Part shown: in pieces, positions 41,231 through 43,985 of the stretch
Position numbering within the stretch: position 1 is the first letter of the stretch
Layout of the letters: every line of letters starts with the position of its first letter
Origin: a virus
Direction: 5' to 3' (one strand)
DNA length: 43,985 nucleotides
Virus record (IMG/VR): IMGVR_UViG_3300045988_075559
Program-made: the position numbers and the translations under genes
Notes under the pieces: generated by a model
What the model was told of the DNA's origin: nothing
Databases searched by the model: none
The model's input: only the letters and a program-made list of their open reading frames with translations

Positions 41231-43396
41231 CTACGCTGTTTGTGGCATGTTGTCACTTGCCTCTTCGATTTTCCTTACAATCGCTTCTGCTATTTTATCA
41301 ATATCAGAATCATCTCGCACTACGATACTGTCTGCAAGCTTCGCAATTTTGACTATAAAGTTCTTCTTTGCCTCCTGGCGTGCCTTCTGTACAGATTCGT
41401 CGTGTGGATACACTCTGCTTCCAGATGGAAGATCTACAATCTCTCCACCTTTTTCACTGATCTGTACGATACCTCCCTGCCAGTTATCTGTGCCTTTCGC
41501 AAGAGTTGGGATTTGTGGTATGTTAAGGCCCTCCCAGCCTTTTCCTCCTATTCCGGGTACCCACTCAGGAACTGTAAAATGAATTGAATTAATCTTGCTG
41601 ATCGCTCCATTGACGATTGATATCACAGCATTAATTGGAACTTTTACCATATCAGCCAGTCCTGAGAATGCAGTTCCTACAAACTCCTTGCATCCATTCC
41701 ATACAGATTCCCAGTCTGTTTTAAACACACCGTTCAAAAAGGAGATAATTCCTTCGAACATAGTGAGTAACGCATCAATGGCAACTCCAATCGTATCAAA
41801 TGTTCCGACGATAAATTCTCCGGCGAAATTAAAGATTTCTTCGACTACCGGTCCGAATGTCTCTTTCAGGTATGATGCTATTTTTTCCACAAATTCTATG
41901 AACGGTTCTAATTGCGGTTTTACTGTCTGCCAGAATTCCACAAATCTATCTCCTATCTTCTGCAAAATAGGTGCGATTCTGTCCCAGTTTTTATAGATCA
42001 GCAGAGCCGCTGCTGCCACTGCTGCTGCCGCAATTCCAAATGGTCCTGTCATTATCTTCGCAATTCCCGAGAATCCTGAAGCACCCGTCAGTTTTGTAAT
42101 CGCACCACCTATTTTTCCAAAATTTGAGATTACTGTTCCGATTCCGGAGGACACTTTCCCGAACCCAAGTAAAACAGGTCCTACTGATGCCGCTACTGCT
42201 GCAAATTTGACTATCGTCTTCTGAGTTGCCGGTCCTAATTTATTCCATTTGTCCGTAAATTTCTGTATGGCATTAATCCCTTTTGTAACATACGGAATCA
42301 ACTGGTTCCCAATTGGTTGCAGCACATCTACCTGTATCGTTCTCCAAAGTCCTCCCAGAGCGCCTGATAATGTATCGTATTTTACATTTACCAGTTCTTC
42401 GACAGACTCCTTGCTTTTATCTATTGCATCACTCGCCGTCGACATAGAGGTTATAACCTGAGGTCCCAAATCTTCCCACATGGTTCCGAATAGGTTTACT
42501 CCAGCTGCACTCTGTGCTACCGGATCATCCATGGAAGCAAGTCCTTCTATGACTTCGTTGAATGCTTCTTTTGCAGTTTTCCCTCCAGCTCCAAACTTTT
42601 GTGCCATTTCGTCTGCATTCATCCCGAGAGCCTCGAATCCCTGTTTCGTCGTGTCTGATCCATCTATCGCTCTGATTGAGAATTCTTTTACCGCATCTCC
42701 GATCTTATCCAGATTGAAAGCTCCGTTCTGTGCACCGTTTGCGAATACAGAAAACATATCCTCTGCATCCAGTCCCAGCTTCTTGAACTGTACGGAGTAT
42801 TCGTCAATGTTGTCGAAGAGTTCATCTGAGAAATTCAATCCTGATTGCATGCCCTGAGTCATGAGATTGAATGCTTCTCTTGCTGATACCCCATAGTGCT
42901 TTATAAGTGCGTCGGCTGCTCTTGTGCTTTCTGCTACATCTACGTCAAACGTATCTGACAGCGTATATGCGTATTCCGTGCATCTCTGCAGGGCAGAATC
43001 GTCCAGATAGGACATATTCTGGTTGACAGTTGCCATTGCTTCCGCAACATCATTGATGGACTCACCAAAATTATCTTTATAGACATTGTTGATCATGTCT
43101 TTATATTTGCCCATCTCATCTGTTGCGGTACCTGTTGCCGCCGCAAACTGCTGAAATGCGTCCTGTGAATCAGAGGAAAATTTAATTGCTGCAGTTCCGA
43201 CTGCTGCCAGTGGTGCAGTGACCGACTTGGTCAATGTTTCTCCGGCAGATGTAAATGCATCTCCGGCATGAGAGAACACATCAGCAACATTGTTAAAACG
43301 TTTTTCCAGGTCACGAGCCTGGGCCGCCACCTGTTTTGATGGATCGCTGAAATCATCTATTAACTTAACAACTGCTGCAACCGTCTTACCTGCCCT
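41231..43396 (-). CDS. Tape measure protein, proposed AGG start
   Basis: AGG 43394-43396 is 10 nt after GAGGAG (43407-43412) and adds AGKTVAAVVKLIDDFSDPSKQ before the ORF-track GTG (43330, no SD). Helical and Gly/Ala-rich hydrophobic segments. Confidence 0.8.
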   Translation of the reverse strand, partial: RAGKTVAAVVKLIDDFSDPSKQVAAQARDLEKRFNNVADVFSHAGDAFTSAGETLTKSVTAPLAAVGTAAIKFSSDSQDAFQQFAAATGTATDEMGKYKDMINNVYKDNFGESINDVAEAMATVNQNMSYLDDSALQRCTEYAYTLSDTFDVDVAESTRAADALIKHYGVSAREAFNLMTQGMQSGLNFSDELFDNIDEYSVQFKKLGLDAEDMFSVFANGAQNGAFNLDKIGDAVKEFSIRAIDGSDTTKQGFEALGMNADEMAQKFGAGGKTAKEAFNEVIEGLASMDDPVAQSAAGVNLFGTMWEDLGPQVITSMSTASDAIDKSKESVEELVNVKYDTLSGALGGLWRTIQVDVLQPIGNQLIPYVTKGINAIQKFTDKWNKLGPATQKTIVKFAAVAASVGPVLLGFGKVSSGIGTVISNFGKIGGAITKLTGASGFSGIAKIMTGPFGIAAAAVAAAALLIYKNWDRIAPILQKIGDRFVEFWQTVKPQLEPFIEFVEKIASYLKETFGPVVEEIFNFAGEFIVGTFDTIGVAIDALLTMFEGIISFLNGVFKTDWESVWNGCKEFVGTAFSGLADMVKVPINAVISIVNGAISKINSIHFTVPEWVPGIGGKGWEGLNIPQIPTLAKGTDNWQGGIVQISEKGGEIVDLPSGSRVYPHDESVQKARQEAKKNFIVKIAKLADSIVVRDDSDIDKIAEAIVRKIEEASDNMPQTA

Positions 43397-43562
43397 TGTT
43401 TTTCATCTCCTCTTTTAAGTCTTGCATTTCCTGTTTCAAAAAAGCGCGGGTGATTAATCGTTCACCCGCGCCCATATTGTAATATTTCGATGGCTTCCAT
43501 TTTTTCAGGCGGAACAATGCGTAAGCAACGCTTGCTTCGCTGTCCACCTTTATAAGTTTTTT
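43386..43562 (-). CDS. -1 frameshift extension of the tail assembly chaperone
   Basis: After the A-AAA-AAC slip the -1 frame stays open for 56 codons (LIKVDSEASVAYALFRLKKWKPSKYYNMG...KNKGR), ending at TAA 43386-88. Confidence 0.7.
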   Translation of the reverse strand, partial: KKLIKVDSEASVAYALFRLKKWKPSKYYNMGAGERLITRAFLKQEMQDLKEEMKNKGR

Positions 43563-43954
43563 ACTTCTTCTTCAGCGTCTTCTCCAAGTCCTGAGAGCTT
43601 TACGATTTCTGATGCAATGCTTCCAGTTTCCATTCCGAACAGAATCGCCGCAAGATCCTTTGGCGTAGAAGCCCCAAAATGTTCCATCAATTTCTGATCA
43701 GTCAGACATGGATCCACGACACCGTATACACAGCACATTAAATTAAAATCATATGTGGCATTCATGTCACGGTTTCCCTTTTTGTCATACAGCATGGCCT
43801 GAAGGGTGTTGTATCTTTTTCCTGATAATTCTCTAATCGTAATCTCTGCGTCTTCGCCTACCAGTTTGGCCAGCTTCTTTGATTTAATTTTTTTTGTCTC
43901 TTTCTCTGTGGCTTTTGCTTTATCTACGCTGAGTAACTTTTCAATTAAATTCCT
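43550..43954 (-). CDS. Tail assembly chaperone (XkdN-like), proposed AGG start
   Basis: Open frame of 52 codons upstream of the ORF-track ATG (43795) with no ATG/GTG/TTG. AGG 43952-43954 (= 66-68 in the left repeat copy) is 7 nt after GGAGG (43962-43966). Confidence 0.7.
   Translation of the reverse strand, partial: RNLIEKLLSVDKAKATEKETKKIKSKKLAKLVGEDAEITIRELSGKRYNTLQAMLYDKKGNRDMNATYDFNLMCCVYGVVDPCLTDQKLMEHFGASTPKDLAAILFGMETGSIASEIVKLSGLGEDAEEEVKNL
43556..43562 (-). promoter_or_regulatory. Slippery heptamer A AAA AAC
   Basis: It is in the zero frame (GT)A AAA AAC, two codons before the chaperone stop. Confidence 0.7.
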
Positions 43955-43985
43955 ATTCTTTCCTCCTATGCATCTATTGTGTTAA
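43887..43985. repeat. Terminal direct repeat, right copy (identical to 1-99)
   Basis: Exact 99-bp match to the window start. Genes read through the junction: tube stop, chaperone SD and chaperone start. Confidence 0.95.

Larger units (their letters stand above)
1..43985. mobile_element. Complete temperate myophage genome (PBSX/Xkd-like tail module), circularly closed contig
   Basis: Head, contractile-tail, lysis, integrase/immunity and replication/partition modules are all present. The window ends are an exact 99-bp direct repeat, so the unique length is about 43,886 bp. Confidence 0.85.

Noticed and set aside
1-43985. Stop-codon reassignment or sequencing frameshifts as the explanation for genes lacking start codons
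   Set aside because: Conserved genes end at ordinary TAA/TAG/TGA and contain no in-frame stops. The nine cases are independent and share the same codon (AGG) at SD distance in the correct frame. Random indels or recoding would not produce that pattern. Resequencing would still be worthwhile.

Overview
The window is a complete, circularly closed genome of a temperate contractile-tailed phage. The first 99 bp equal the last 99 bp, giving about 43,886 bp of unique sequence. The tail module is of the low-GC Firmicutes PBSX/Xkd type, and almost all genes are on the minus strand. In minus-strand transcription order the layout is: early promoter and small regulators (20.1-18.4 kb); HUH Rep, RNase H-like, ParA and ParB-like genes (18.3-13.6 kb); small unknown genes (13.4-9.9 kb); a putative late activator (9.8-9.4 kb); a tRNA cluster (9.3-9.0 kb); then HNH, TerS, TerL, portal, ClpP-type protease, HK97-type capsid, head-tail joining genes, sheath and tube (9.0-0.08 kb). 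The order continues across the circular junction into the tail assembly chaperone (with a -1 frameshift), tape measure, LysM protein, tail lysin, baseplate, fibre module, DGR and lysis genes (43.9-24.7 kb). The plus strand carries a CI-like repressor, a secreted protein, a large serine integrase and a two-gene accessory (moron-like) operon (20.2-24.7 kb).

The most unusual signal concerns translation starts. Nine virion genes (portal, major capsid, sheath, tube, chaperone, tape measure and three fibre-module genes) have no usable ATG/GTG/TTG at their expected N-termini. Each instead has AGG placed 5-10 nt after a strong Shine-Dalgarno. The phage also encodes a 71-nt tRNA with bacterial initiator hallmarks (no 1:72 pair, a CGCGGG 5' end, A11:U24, a G/C lower anticodon stem, A73) but with anticodon CCU. 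I read this as a phage-borne AGG-decoding initiator tRNA gating virion-gene translation. This is inference and I could not test it here.

Other notable content:
- a complete diversity-generating retroelement: VR, hairpin, avd, TR and RT, with 14 substitutions all at TR adenines;
- a radical-SAM/SPASM maturase next to two CXXX-repeat Cys-rich proteins inside the tail-fibre module;
- a dispersed 15-17 bp palindrome that could be parS-like or an operator;
- a triple-repeat late promoter.

All coordinates and counts were derived by hand from the sequence. Family names come from recognised motifs, not from database searches.
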